A stretch of 63,700 bases of DNA, counting the filler, from Choristocarpus tenellus KU-1152 (lineage: Eukaryota; Protista; Phaeophyceae), in the NCBI GenBank assembly GCA_964200185.2. It is 10 parts of 10 records of this genome, joined end to end, with 100 filler letters (N's around TTAATTAATTAA, not from the genome) between each part and the next. Parts side by side here need not be neighbours in the genome. Positions count along the whole stretch, not along the records: positions 11,140 to 27,772 come from CAXNAD020000802.1; 9 more parts are not named here. One strand, written 5' to 3'. A model generated the notes under the pieces. That model saw nothing but the letters and a program-made list of their open reading frames with translations, was not told the DNA's origin and searched no databases. The position numbers and the translations under genes were made by a program. Below, in pieces: positions 12,161 through 24,833 of the stretch; positions within the stretch are counted from its first letter, which is position 1; every line of letters starts with the position of its first letter.

Positions 12161-12668
12161 TTTTTTTCAAGTAAAAGTGATAATTACAGTTTCACTCCAT
12201 CACCACTGCAATTACTACTCGTTGACAAGAACCGCCCGAGGCATGCTTGCACTTTCTGTATTTTGTTTGATATTATTATTTTTTTATTCAATCAATGGGA
12301 AAGGAGGCGTTTTGTCGAACATCGAGATGCCACTGTCCCACCGCAGAAGATAACAGTAATATCTCAATGCTTGGCGTGGTTGGGAGGGTAGACAGGGCAG
12401 CCAGTACTCATCCCTGTCCATATACCTCGCAGATCATGTGGGTGTGTGTGTGTGTGTAAGGGCCAATTTTAATTCCCCTTCAACTCATCATCCCGCAGTC
12501 ATTTTATTTTGCATCAAAAAAAAAAAATCATGAAAAAAAGAATAAAAAAGGATAGTTATAAAAAATCGAAATGACAACGATTGTATGACGGCTACTAACT
12601 TACCCACACCAAGAACAATACTGTTATTTTCAAAAAAAAAAAATCAGTCAGCTGGAACTGATGCATGC

Positions 12669-12701
<33 letters not shown>

Positions 12702-12805
12702 CAAAACAAGAAATAAAAAAGAAGTGACATCTCAACAAACTACAGTATCACTGTATCGACATGAGCACTACTACATATATCCACCACAGTAGTGCACACC
12801 CTTAC

Positions 12806-13100
12806 ATTTCCCACTCTCCGTGATGCCAAGAACATGTTCCCCAGCCCTGGCCGCCCCCCACTTGCCAGGAGAATCTTGTCCCCATGATTGGCCAGGTCGG
12901 TAGCATATGGTACTCTTGCTGCCATTCCTCCTTCCACATCCACCTGGATGGCAACGTTCAGGAAGAAATAAAGGTGTATGTGTATATGTGTGTATATGTG
13001 TGTATATGTGTGTGTATATGTGTATATGTGTGTATATGTGTGTATATGTGTGTGTGTGTGTATATGTGTCCATACGTGTCTATATGTGTGTATATGTGTT

Positions 13101-13172
<72 letters not shown>

Positions 13173-16100
13173 TTGTCCTCTAGTTTTTTATCATACAAAG
13201 AGGCGTGCACAACTCATTGACTCACAGTACTACGTGAAAAAAATGGACGTGTGGCATTCGTTGCAGCTATTGTTAGTGCCTGTTCCTTCCCTTCCTCCGA
13301 CATGCCTCACAGAAATAACAAACAAAAAAATGTTCAAAAACACAACATGACTCTGCCTTTATTTCTCTTGTTTGATTCTCCTTCAAATCGTGATTAGAGA
13401 GCTCAAGCATTTACATTTATTACTATTACCTGCTCGCCTAGTACTGAGATAGGTACTTCATACTACTGTCGGTATGAGTACCAACAAGTACCAACAAGTA
13501 CCAACAAGTACCAACGAGTACCAACAAGTACCAATGAGTACCAACAAGTACCAATGAGTACCAATGAGTACCAACAAGTACCAACAAGTACCAATGAGTA
13601 CCAACGAGTACCAACAAGTACCAATGAGTACCAATGAGTACCAACAAGTACCAATGAGTACCAACAAGTACCAACAAGTACCAATGAGTACCAACAAGTA
13701 CCAACGAGTACCAACAAGTACCAACGAGTACCAACAATGAGTAGCAGGAAGTAACTACGGTACATTCATGCTGTTCAGGCACTGCAAAAAAGCACCCCTC
13801 CAATAACTACTAAACTCTAGACTTCAACCAATGGAGTTCCTAGCATCTCACAACTTGGAAAAAGCACAAGTACGTCTACACTATTAACACAGGTAGCACT
13901 ATCAACACAGATAACACTATTTACACAGACAACACCATTAACACAGACAGAGTACAACAAAACAAAACACAACACAACAAATACACTGAAGCAGAGGTGG
14001 TATTGAAACCTGTTTGAATGAGCACACATCGCAAAACAGAACAACTGTAAGGGTCTCTATTCATCGGCAGGCGTACGCCTGCAAAGGAGAGGGCAACACA
14101 CAAGCACCGCTCTGTCACAGAACACAACAGAGTCGACTCACCTCTTCTTCTCCCTCCTCCTCGTCCTCACTAACAATATAATTTTTCTCAAATTCCATTT
14201 GCAGCCTTTCCCCCCCAACCTGCCCTTCCCCCCCTGCTACCTCTTCCTCTTCCTCTTCCTCCTCCACTGAGTCATAGTTGCCCACTCCACTGCATCCTTC
14301 TGGGTCATCTATTCCACCGTTAAGCATCCAAGCATATGGCGCATCTTCAACATCGTCCTGCAAGTACAGTGGGCAAAAGGATAAATCACAACACCAAAAT
14401 GTAGTGCTCCTTGAAAACCAGTGCATGCAACATTGGAGGACACAGAGTACAATCACTTACCCTTATACCCCTATCACACACACACACACACAAACTGCCC
14501 TTTGGACTAACACTACCTTGGTTGCCTCCACAACAAGTGTGCCACAGGGAACACGTACATATCGATCTTTTCCTCTACGCCCCTTCTTCCCAGATCCTGT
14601 TGGGGTTGGTGCACAGGCTCAGGGTGAGTCAGGGGAAGGGATGGGAAAGGTGCCTTGCAAAAAACGCAGACAGATAAGAAAAGAATGATGACTGCACTAA
14701 TGTGCAACTGCAGAGATGTCCATTGGGTTATGAGTTGGAATACTTCGCTAGGGTTATGAGTTGGGTTCAATTTGGACGGTGCGTCTGATCCATAGTGCCC
14801 TCAGATATGCCCTCAGATATACACTCGATGGTATGTCTTAACTCTAAAAAACCTCTGTTCATAACTACCAGGTATATTAAGTAATGACCTACAAATTCGC
14901 ATGTGTGCTAGGAGAATTGTTGTTTACAATTCAGGGTTCAAAATATGTAGCAGAAATCCACTCACAGCCTACAAAGCCATGTCACAACACACAAATCCCA
15001 GTCCAATTTTCCCTCCCCCGAGTTGTTCACTGCACTGCCCTCCCACATGCATCTTCCCAGTCTCCACATAACTGTGTCCACCCTTTGTTCAACTGACTCC
15101 AACCCATATCACACCACTCAACCTCCCCTGATCCACCTCCCACGCTTCTGCACATTGTGCCAGCATCTCCAAACCTCCAACTGCTCCCTCCCCCCCAAGG
15201 TGCAAAAAAAACCACATGCTTCAGGCCCTGGGAGAGAAGGAGGTCACACCAGTCACAGTCGACTTACAACAGATGACTGACTTCGCAGTTTTCCTTCTAT
15301 TATTAACACTGGTACTCACTCCCACCCTTGCCCCCGTTGGCTGCATTGTAGTGGTGCAGTGGGAAATTGAGACTCTCCACCCCTGCATCAGCAACAACAT
15401 AGACATTGCCACCGGCCCCCCCAGAGCCACCACTTGGCTTTCTCCTCAAGGGGCTTTCTCCTGGATTTTCGAATCATTTGCGGTCACACAGGGTAGATAG
15501 AAGGGATTAGGGTGATGGATTGGGACAAGGTTAGATGAGATGGAATGGAGGTACTATGGACAGATAAGGAGTGCTTCATCGGGAGAAGGACGCAGAGTGG
15601 AACTTTGACATGACGTTCAATCGTCCTGGTTGACTGAGTTCGATATTTGTATTCTAAGTTGTAGTTGAGTTGTATGAAACTTGAAGTACTCTAGACACCG
15701 AATTGCATGTATAGCATAGACAAAACAACTTGATGCCAAGATTCGACCACCTAACGACTGATTGCACAAGCTTGACTATATAATGGAGGCTATCCTCACT
15801 AACAAGTCAACCTACAATGGCCCATGCATTCCAGACATCATGATCCCAGCGGAAAAATAATATTTTGTAGTATTTCACTAACCGAATCATATGCTACATG
15901 TCCAGGTTTGTTGAGCTCTTTTACCCAATTTCTTTGGATAGATGAGGACGAGTGGCGCTCGAGATAGTATTTGCCAAACCAGAAGTGCCTGGTCTAACCT
16001 ACATCGCAATTGAACAATCGCAATCTAAGGACCCACTTGGATGCAGGGTCATTCACAAGCATTTCGAGGAGGAATATAGTAGACGCAATAGAACACCATC

Positions 16101-16700
16101 TCTATTACCTGAGGTGATCGTGAGCACCACATTGAGCATGGCCAGCCAAACATCATCGTCATTGCCAGAGCCAATCGTGGATATCATATTGAACGTGGGT
16201 CTCACCTTCCAGGCTAACGCACCCACTCCCCCCCATGCCTCCCGTGGCAACAACTCTCACTTTGTCGACAAACTGTCCATAGTAAATAACGAAACGAGGA
16301 AGGTGGACAAGGATTCGAAAACAACTCAAACTTAAAGTTATCAAAATGTTTGTAATGGAAAAGAAGGGTGGGGATGTCCAAGATTATTGGACCACAAACC
16401 GGATCGGGAAGGATGTAATAGTACCTCCAAGGTCCAAACAGCAGAAGGGCGAGTAGGACTCAAAATTCGGTAGCACAGCATGTGAAAGCAATCACATCGT
16501 CCTCAATGGGATCATGCAGCACAGTGAAGACCATACTCAACCAAATAAAAATAAAGGTATGGACCAACCTTGAACTTGATTGCCTTCTTCTTGCCCGATA
16601 CGGCTGTCTTGGCGTGCAGTACTCTCCTCACAGCAGGGTAACGGGTTATCCCTCGCACACAGGACCCCAAGAGCGACGGAGTGGAGTAACCCGTCATCAT
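12806..16700 (-). CDS. MTG2: Obg/CgtA-family GTPase (mitochondrial MTG2/GTPBP5-like), 5' part; exons 16700-16569, 16272-16206, 15460-15320, 14596-14517, 14357-14142, 12943-12806
   Basis: The spliced, phase-consistent product has an Arg-rich presequence-like N-terminus, then FVDKVRVVATGGMGGSGCVSLE-GESPLRRKPSGGSGGAGGNVYVVAD...YNAANGGKGG-RSGKKGRRGKDRYVRVPCGTLV...DLANHGDKILLASGGRPGLGNMF. This is the Gly-rich Obg fold. All introns are GT-AG. G-domain exons were not found and presumably lie beyond the contig start at 11140. Confidence 0.9.
12973..13169. repeat. Compound microsatellite (TGTATATGTG)n-(TG)n-(GA)n in an Obg intron
   Basis: Directly visible. There is also (CA)n at 12671-12699. Confidence 0.95.
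13475..13740. repeat. 9/10-bp minisatellite (AGTACCAACA / AGTACCAATG / AGTACCAACG variants) in an Obg intron
   Basis: Roughly 27 tandem units around the GTACCAA core; they explain the spurious repetitive ORFs. Confidence 0.95.
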
Positions 16701-16881
16701 AGCTCGCTACTCCCACACTACTCTGAACCCTAAATCCTTGTACAGAAAATGAACTTTTAGCATATTTTTTAGATTTTGAACTCGACACCTTTATTTTTTT
16801 GCACTTCGCTACATGGAATAGAGTTCAACCTTGTGATCACAGAGAAGGGTAGGGTGGGACACTTGTGGAGCGTAGAAGAGA
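16701..16881. promoter_or_regulatory. Putative bidirectional promoter
   Basis: Only 181 bp separate the divergent ATGs of the Obg gene (16700, minus) and the RING gene (16882, plus). Confidence 0.6.
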
Positions 16882-19800
16882 ATGACGGCTGGGTTTACAC
16901 CCTTCTGCTGCGTATGTACCACGGAAATTGATGGTGGTATCAAAGGCTTTCTTCTATCCTGTGGGCACTTCGTGTGTCACGGTCCGACTGCCTCTTTTCC
17001 TTCAACTCTTGTGACCTGTACCAAATGCCTTTTTTACCTGTTGTCCATACCATACTCCAGAAGCGAGCCCACAATCAATACTCGGGAACCTCGAGGCTTG
17101 GTTTCACCCTTCTTATATTTTCAGCATACATCGGATATGCCAAAAGTTACAAGCCTTAGCCCTCTGGATTTTATACGCATTCATTCTTGTCCCTGACCAT
17201 GACCCCTCACACACAATTATATATCCACGTGCATTGATCAGTCTTGGAATTAGTAGATGTATGAAGGAATAAAGTTTTCGAACTTTTTTTCTTTGCTGTT
17301 CTGCCCTACCCCTGTTTCGCAGACTGTTGCCGAGGAGGTGAGCCGTCGAATTGCCCACACTGCAACGTTCGAGCACGTGTGGCAGCTCTGGAGAATCCCC
17401 CCAGTGATGTGCGAGATCACCTTCAGGTACACTGTCAATCATTGTAGTCCTTGCTCTTTCATATGTAGAACTGCGTGTGTCTACTCCTAGCCTGTCAGCT
17501 CCTGGTGTACCCTCGATCTTGTCCTCTGATTGCGAACAGAACCAACAGAAGTTGTGACAACGTTGGGAAACCTCTCCATACATCTGCCAAGAGGTGACCA
17601 GTGAATGAGTATTATCGACAATTGCGTCCGGGATGCACTATTGACGAAATAAATACAATTCCTTTGTTGTGACCGCTTGTCTGACCAAGGACAGGACCCC
17701 TTAGGACAATTTCGTGCTGCCAGTGACATTGTGAAGTTCCAACTCGAGCACTACCGATTGGCAGCTCGTCAGGTAGGCCTGCCTGTCTATCAGTTTTTGT
17801 CCTACCACTTACTTGACCACATATCGCACCACGGACCGAACATTATCGCATTAGTTATGCGCAATTGCACTTTGTCGTGAATCAACTGCACGACATAAAC
17901 ATTGTCCATCACTCCACAAATCTATTCAAATTATTGTGTTTTTTTGTTGAGTCCGTGCATTCACAATACAACACGTACTGCCCACATATTCCTTTCATCA
18001 TACACCGCATTAGGGGAACAATACTACAACTCATCTGAACATTACGAAAAAGCTCGGTTTTCTCGCATTTATAGCAATCGTCATGTGATCCGATCCAGTA
18101 CAGATCACACCATCAATAGTCAGTTTTCCCTGTAACATAATAGGCCAGCAAGGTGCTGCACGACCTACGACTTCGACTCCAAAAAGAGGTTCGACGTCGA
18201 GAGCAAGCAGAAGCGGAGATGGAGGAAATCAAACAGAAGCATGCCATTGCAATTCAAACAAGATTACAGGACCACTTGTGCTCTTCAACGCCTAAACATG
18301 ACCCAGGGACCATAGGTTGGAGATGGAACCAGTCAAACACTGCCACAAATATCCATGAAGAACAGCCCAAGATGGACGGGGGGAATAGCAATAGTGAGGG
18401 AAAGAAAGAAGGAAGGGGAGACGTCAGCTCAGTTTTGCAAAATTTCATGATGAGACCTACTGCTACCAACAAACAGGGGAGGGGAATTAATGGGCTACGA
18501 CCCAGACCACTTTGCGGTCGCCCCTTACCACAGTTGACGCAGTCCGAGTCTCTGCAATCACCCTACGCAGCAGCAAAACAGCTCGGACAAGAGGGTGACG
18601 AGGAAGGGCTGAAGAGAAACAGAGAAGTACAATTATCTAAGGCTATGACAATATCACCTAGGGGGTCTAGCACTCTCAGCTCTGGCAAGATGTTGATGAG
18701 GAGGGGGGGTGGTAGGGTGGGGACAGTGCAGCTCAAAGAGCGTCCGCAACGAGGTTTTGGGGTTGGAGACAGAGAGAAAAGGGGAGCGGAGGGGTCAGAA
18801 CATGTGCCCCATATCAGAGCCAGCACCCCACGGCCTCAAGTGTCCTTTCATGCTCAAGGCCGCATGACTGCAGAACAGGATTCAACGCAGTCGGGCACTG
18901 GAGATGGAGCAACGGTTGGTGAGACAGCAATGGAAGTGAAGGGAGCAGGCATGACCCAATCGACATTCTCCAAGGCTGGTTTTGCCTTCCCTTCTCCACC
19001 CCCACGTGTTGTAAGAGAGGACTACAATGGACTAAACAAGAGAGAGGACCAGATGACGGATGGCAGTGGTGGTAGCAAAGACATTGCAGAGCTTGACAGG
19101 TGGGGAAGCAGTGGTGGAGGTAAAGATGGTTTGCTACTATCATCCCAAGGAAAAGAGAGGTCGCCACCATCCCTGCAGCAACCTGGATCGGGAACAGATC
19201 AGTCACAGTTGCAGCCAAAACCAGAGCAGAATCATCACGTCGGGTGTAAAAGGCATCGACCACAGGTTGGTGTGGCATTCTGGAGAACAACAGTATTATA
19301 TATATATGAGCGTTGCAGACTACACATTCGCACTAGATCAATACGTGGCGCATTGTGGTGATACTAGCAGAGACCAAAACGGGTAGTCATGGATGTCATC
19401 AAATTACCTAGTTGGTTGGATTCTGGAGAAGATAAATTAGCAGCTGCACTGCTACATCGTGGGATGAGGTTGACATACGGGATGGTCCCAAATCATTTGA
19501 GTTTGTCGAATACAAAATATCAAGCTTTAGAGTACATGTTGAATTTCAAGCGGCCCAAGTTACCAAAGATACCTAAGCCTTGGGATTAATTGAGGTAGCA
19601 GAAGTTCATCCCCTGATTATTTATTATATACTCACGGACACTCCCAGGCATTGTTGAGGAGCAGAAATAGTACAATGAACACAGGAGATTCTGTATTGAT
19701 AGGAGCAAAGACCTTCCTATTCAGCATATTGTTATTGCATTATCCATCTACCACGAAACAATATGATTAAGATAATACAGCCTTGAGCACTTCTGTATAC

Positions 19801-22800
19801 TTCCATTATGACGAAGGTGGTACGATAAAACAGAAGTTTGAGCAATAATCCAAAGCGATTTTTTTTCTCAGATGTATCCTACTATTACTGTACACTTGAT
19901 CATACCAACAATAGTAACGCTATACTAGTGATAATTTGAAAAATAAATAAGATTGAGAGGCAGGGGACATGCTGAACAGCAACCCGCAAAACACACACAC
20001 ACACACACACGCACGCACGCACCAATAGAAGAATAGATCACGATCACATTAAGCAAATAGGATGCTCACACACTGGAACTCCTCTTACCAGGTGAAGTAT
20101 TCTTTCACTTACTCGTATCCAATTTGTCAGGCGTTGGAGTACTGTACGGGTGGTCCATCAATCAGCCTCTTCTTGCCCTTCATCTCACTCATAATGGACA
20201 ACCATGTTTGCACTATTTTCTTGTTGCTGTGGTCAATATTTTCAGTACCCATCAAACGCGACTGGTGCTCTACCGTTGTCTGAAAGCATCGGATCTGCCG
20301 TTGCCATACCTCCCTGGACAGCACAGGGATCTCTGAAGAGGCCATCCATGCGAGGGTCTATCCATGGACAGGTGACACTTGTTCTAGTATGCGGTGTATG
20401 AGACCAACAGAGTATTATTATAGTAGAAATATGCAAAACCAGCACTTAAAATGAGTCTCAACCTCTGCTATATTGTAGGAGATAGAAAAACACATTTTGC
20501 GTAAGGTGCCACTTCAACGTGGTTCAAGGAAACTACTATAGAAGTTCAAGGCACTTACCTACTTACACTCTTCAAAACACCAGCATCTAGTGCGTGCCCC
20601 CATGCTTGCTTTTGCGGGAATGAGACTTTTGAATTTAACTTAATGATAAACGGTAATGCAATCTGGTATAATACAAGTACTACTGGGGTGGTTGAGTTGT
20701 TCGGAGGCCTTGATCCTGTGCTACTAAGCTTGCAACGGGGTGTCCACAATTAATGTAGATGAAATACGTAACATTGGGTCATGAAAACCAAAGCAATTGC
20801 ATGGAAGCAACAAGAAAGCCAGAAGCAACCAAAATTCAACTTCAAAGCATTAGTACGAGGCGAAACAAGTTTTGATTGAGATGGACACAGCATATACTGA
20901 AATTAGGCCTGGCCTGCAAGGGGTTCCAGCGAAATCTTGTGGTGATATTTGTGATATATGTGTGTGAAGAAATGAGCTCCATGCTGCATTAAAGGTATGA
21001 AGCTATCATCATAAGATGAAGTGAAGTAGTTCAATCACTTGTGAACGTGAAATGCTGTGAAGGTTTAAAGGATGTCGCATATAAGGTGACTACATGAGGG
21101 GGCTTTAGGTCAAAAGCGATGGACAGATAGATAATGCATACTATTGATGTAAAGGTGCTTGAACATGTTGTATCATAATGCTCCCTACCTCCAAATAGAA
21201 GTTATATGTTGTATAAAAACATTGATAGCGCTGTTATATTATGCAGTTGTTGAAGTTGTGATCAATTTTCTTGTGTCTAATGGGCTAAGGTTGCATCTGC
21301 TTCTACCTCGACCTGCTGAGTATTTCCTCCTAGAAGAGTGAAAGTATCTTAGAGGGTAGGAGTTTTGCCCTATTTGTCCATTTAGGGCTTGGTTTCCAAT
21401 GTTATTTTTATAATATTGTACCTACTCCAGAATATTTCAGGTGGGCAAAATTTATACTCAACGAAAAGGTGTGTCCGGGACAAGGGTATTGAAATTTCCT
21501 AACAAACACGATAGCCAAAATTACATCAAAATTGCAACATTGGATTTTGGGCCCCAAACGGACGCGACTCTACCCTCTAAGATACTTTGGCTCAGAAGTA
21601 AAATGTCAAGCGCAGTAAGTCACAGAGACGTCAACCAAGCCCTGTGGATGCATCCATCAAAACCAGGGAAGCCCACTACCTGGAAGTGAAGCAGCAATAG
21701 AGAGAGAAGAAAAGCAACCTCGGCGAGCTGGGACTCCAGTGACCCAACTACAGACCATCACCACCCCTGCTAGGCTACGTGAGTGTTGACTTTAATAAAT
21801 GGCTCTGTTTATATGTGTTTTGATTCTAAGTCATTAGTTTTGTCTGTTCCCGATGAGTTGCAACAGGTTTGCCAGCTGGGGCTCAAAACCAGGCGTTAAG
21901 TATCTGGGGGGGGGGGTGGCGGCTGTCCATTTGGGGTCAATTTCTTAATGTCACAATTATTGGGTGATTTGGTTGCGTATGTCAAATGGATAATGTGCAC
22001 TTTTCGTGGTTTTGGCCAAATGGACACCCTGGTGTAGTTCTCTCCCCCCCCCCAGATACTCTGGGTCACCAAGCTGACTGGGGCTACAGACGATGATAGA
22101 TGCATGAAATGCGTAAATTGTACTCCTACTGATACACACTCTGGAGTATTGTGCTAGCCGGAGTAATAACAATTCCTGCTTCCATGAGCATGCCAAGGGC
22201 CTAAGTTGCAATTGGCCAAGCAATAATGCACAACAGTAGTGTTTCAGAACCCTATGCTAGTGGACTAAAGTGCTCACCCTTGGTTTTGTTGATACAACAA
22301 TGTTTTCATCCATATCAATATGTACATCCATGTGTTTCCAATACTTTGACAGCAGAACACTTTGTGCACAATCAGTAATACACAATAACCTTGCCTCCCT
22401 TCACCATTCCCTCCGACCATAGGATACCCGTCACCCTCCACAACCCCATTACTATGTGCCACCTTCCCCTTTCACGCCCCAAAGAGAATGGAGTCTGCAA
22501 ACTCATGCTATTACTTGTGCTGTTCATCTAGTGTATTGGGATGTATTTATCCCGAATATAGCACGAGTGCTCCAAGCGTATACACTGTGTGCTACCACGT
22601 TTCGAAAAGAAGCTTCCCCTCACTCTTCTTCCCGTACAATATGATGGTATATCTGACTCCATCGTGCATTACCCGTTTCTTGCTTTTCTCCTTGGCAGGG
22701 TCGCCCCAGCTGCCCTATATGATCCGGTCATCTGTGGCCCGCCCAGGATCGGGTATCAAGCGACCAGGAAGCAGAGGGCTAGGAACACCCCCTCCAACAC

Positions 22801-24833
22801 CTAGAACAACAGNNNNNNNNNNGGCATAGTGGTGAGGGATAGCATTCACCTGCTCCACAAACCCCTTTTCTACTTCAGAGAGGCTGTTGTTCGGAACGTG
22901 GACACTTTGGATTGCGTAATACACTTATCAATCATATCGTACGTTAGTCCTGTAAACTAAGACTACATTTTCATTCGCGTATCACGGTTCCCCTCCAAAT
23001 GATGTGTCGAGGTAGTTTAGGAGTGGTTTCAGCAGCAAGTGTGACAATAGGTTTCTTGGTTGTTTTAGACAAGCTCCAATCGCCAGTGCGCTGCACACAG
23101 AGTCCTAGTGTGGATGGAGTTGGTTTCTGGTTTTCAAGTACTCTACAACTCTGGCGGGTATATCAGAAAGCAGTAACTGACTAAAAGCAAACATGCTCTG
23201 TTGTAGCCGTATTTGTTTCACTCCTAAACGTTGCTTCGTTCTTGTTCCGTCCACGACAGCATATATGTGTGTGTGTGTGTGTGTGCAAGACGTTACTGGA
23301 TGTAATAAGATAGGTAATATGCTATTGTCTATTCCCACAAGCGTTCCTGTCTTACGACATTCACCACATATCATATCAACGAAGTCTTTCTAGTTCTTCT
23401 TTTTTGAGTTGTGGATGATGGAAGAATAAATTATGAAACAGAAGAAGTAATTAGGGGACCTCTCATTTATCCAAATTTGCTACGTCAACGTCCCCTAAAT
23501 TCAGTAAAAATGTTCTTAAGTCCTATTTTTTCACTCATTCACACAATTTCAGGAGCAAGTAAGTTGTACAAGATAGTAGATTGTTTTTTCCCCCGACACA
23601 TCTGTAAATTTCAAAGGTCATAATAATACTAACATAGTAGATTAGAAGAGTGTACGATACATTCTACCACTGTCCATTAAAGTAAAATTAAATGTGGGAT
23701 AAAGAGTTACATAATGTTTTTCGCACTCGAAGTATATCATGTAATAATAGTAGCTTGTTGAGTCAGACCAAGAGGTAGACAGGGCTCCATTTTGAGGATC
23801 CAGAGAAAGGGTAAAAATATGTCATTTTGTACAACTGCAGGAAGAAAGAGCCTTTGCTGAATCATGGTGTCACTTTCTGTGTGTGGAAAGGGCGAATATT
23901 AAGCACACTGTAGTGCGCATATAGCAATGAGATATAGTTTATTGTAGAGGGTAAGAAAGATGGCCTGGAATGCAAAAGGGCCCAAACCTACCTATTTCTT
24001 GATTCGTTTGACTCGCTGCTCCCTCTCAAATTGTACTTCCCACTAAGATCCAAACGAGCGATTTACAATTCGAAATATTTAAATTCGCCAATCCTAAATG
24101 GGCCCAAACCTGCCTACATCTCAATTCGTTGGGTCCGTTGCTCCTCATACCTAAACTGTACCATCCACTAAGATCCAAGGAAACAATGAATAACTTGAAA
24201 TATCTCAATTTGTCAAATCCTTTGTCCCGAAGTCCACTGAAAAATTATATTGTTAGGAAGCTAGCCTGACCTGAGGCTAAGCACTTTAGAGTATTATATG
24301 TAGTATGTATGTGTGGATTGAGAGCATCACATGTTGAAAAAAACGCATATCAATGATCATCTGAGATGTACTATCAGAGTAGGTCCTGTCTGTGTTGTGA
24401 GCATAGTTACATACAACATTTTTAGCACATAAGTGCTGCAGTCCTATGGAAACCTCTACGAAGTAGCTTTCGCATGCAAATACACTTAAGATCGAACCAT
24501 TTCTTGTACCCTTTGAATTCTAGCTCACTGCGAGCACAGAACAATTTCCTGGGAAAGAGAGCAAGTCTGGGTATCTCTCGCTCACCTCGACTCTTTAATA
24601 CCATTGCAGTTCATATGTCCAAGCACCTTTTCATCCCAAAACGACCAGAAAGGCTAACCCATTTCCCCTAACCCTTCAATTGCAACTACTAACTACTATT
24701 ATCATACCATGTATTGCAACTCACTTCACTTCGCACTCTCATCAAGCGAGGCAATGGAAGATCGCAGTCGCTCCTGCCACCACCACCTCAAAGGCAGGCA
24801 GGGGCTGTCACAAGTCGCCACTGGAAGACCTGA
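16882..24833 (+). CDS. RNF212: Zip3/RNF212-like meiotic RING-finger, coiled-coil protein; exons 16882-16981, 17323-17426, 17695-17772, 18144-19265, 20246-20371, 21667-21778, 22699-~22831, probable last exon 24768-24833
   Basis: The spliced N-terminus FCCVC...GFLLSCGHFVCH-DCCRGGEPSNCPHC forms a C3HC4 RING at the extreme N-terminus. It is followed by PSDVRDHLQ-DPLGQFRAASDIVKFQLEHY, a coiled coil (LRLQKEVRRREQAEAEMEEIKQK) and a long disordered S/P/G-rich tail, which is the Zip3/RNF212 architecture. Exon phases are consistent through exon 7. The last exon is uncertain because of the 10-N gap. Confidence 0.75.
21336..21593 (-). mobile_element. MITE family B copy (258 bp), intronic
   Basis: TIRs GAGTGAAAGTATCTTAGAGGGTAG ... 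CTACCCTCTAAGATACTTTGGCTC with a perfect 4-bp TSD AGAA (21332-21335 and 21594-21597). Confidence 0.9.
21892..22067 (-). mobile_element. MITE family A copy, intronic
   Basis: GGCGTTAAGTATCTGGG ... CCCAGATACTCTGGGTC with a 4-bp TSD ACCA (21888-21891 and 22068-22071). Confidence 0.85.

Noticed and set aside
12771-13803. CVYM- and LVLVGT-repeat ORFs
   Set aside because: Microsatellite and minisatellite artefacts inside an Obg intron.
15110-15230. Extra Obg exon (GPEACGFFCTLGG...)
   Set aside because: Exon 3 (donor GTGAGT at 15319) joins exon 4 in phase and restores the Obg motif without it.
21332-21597. MITE-B as an introner or splice-site creator, because its TSD AGAA duplicates an AG after a pyrimidine tract
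   Set aside because: All three frames after that AG hit stops before the next donor. The phase-compatible acceptor is at 21665-21666, so the MITE is simply intronic.
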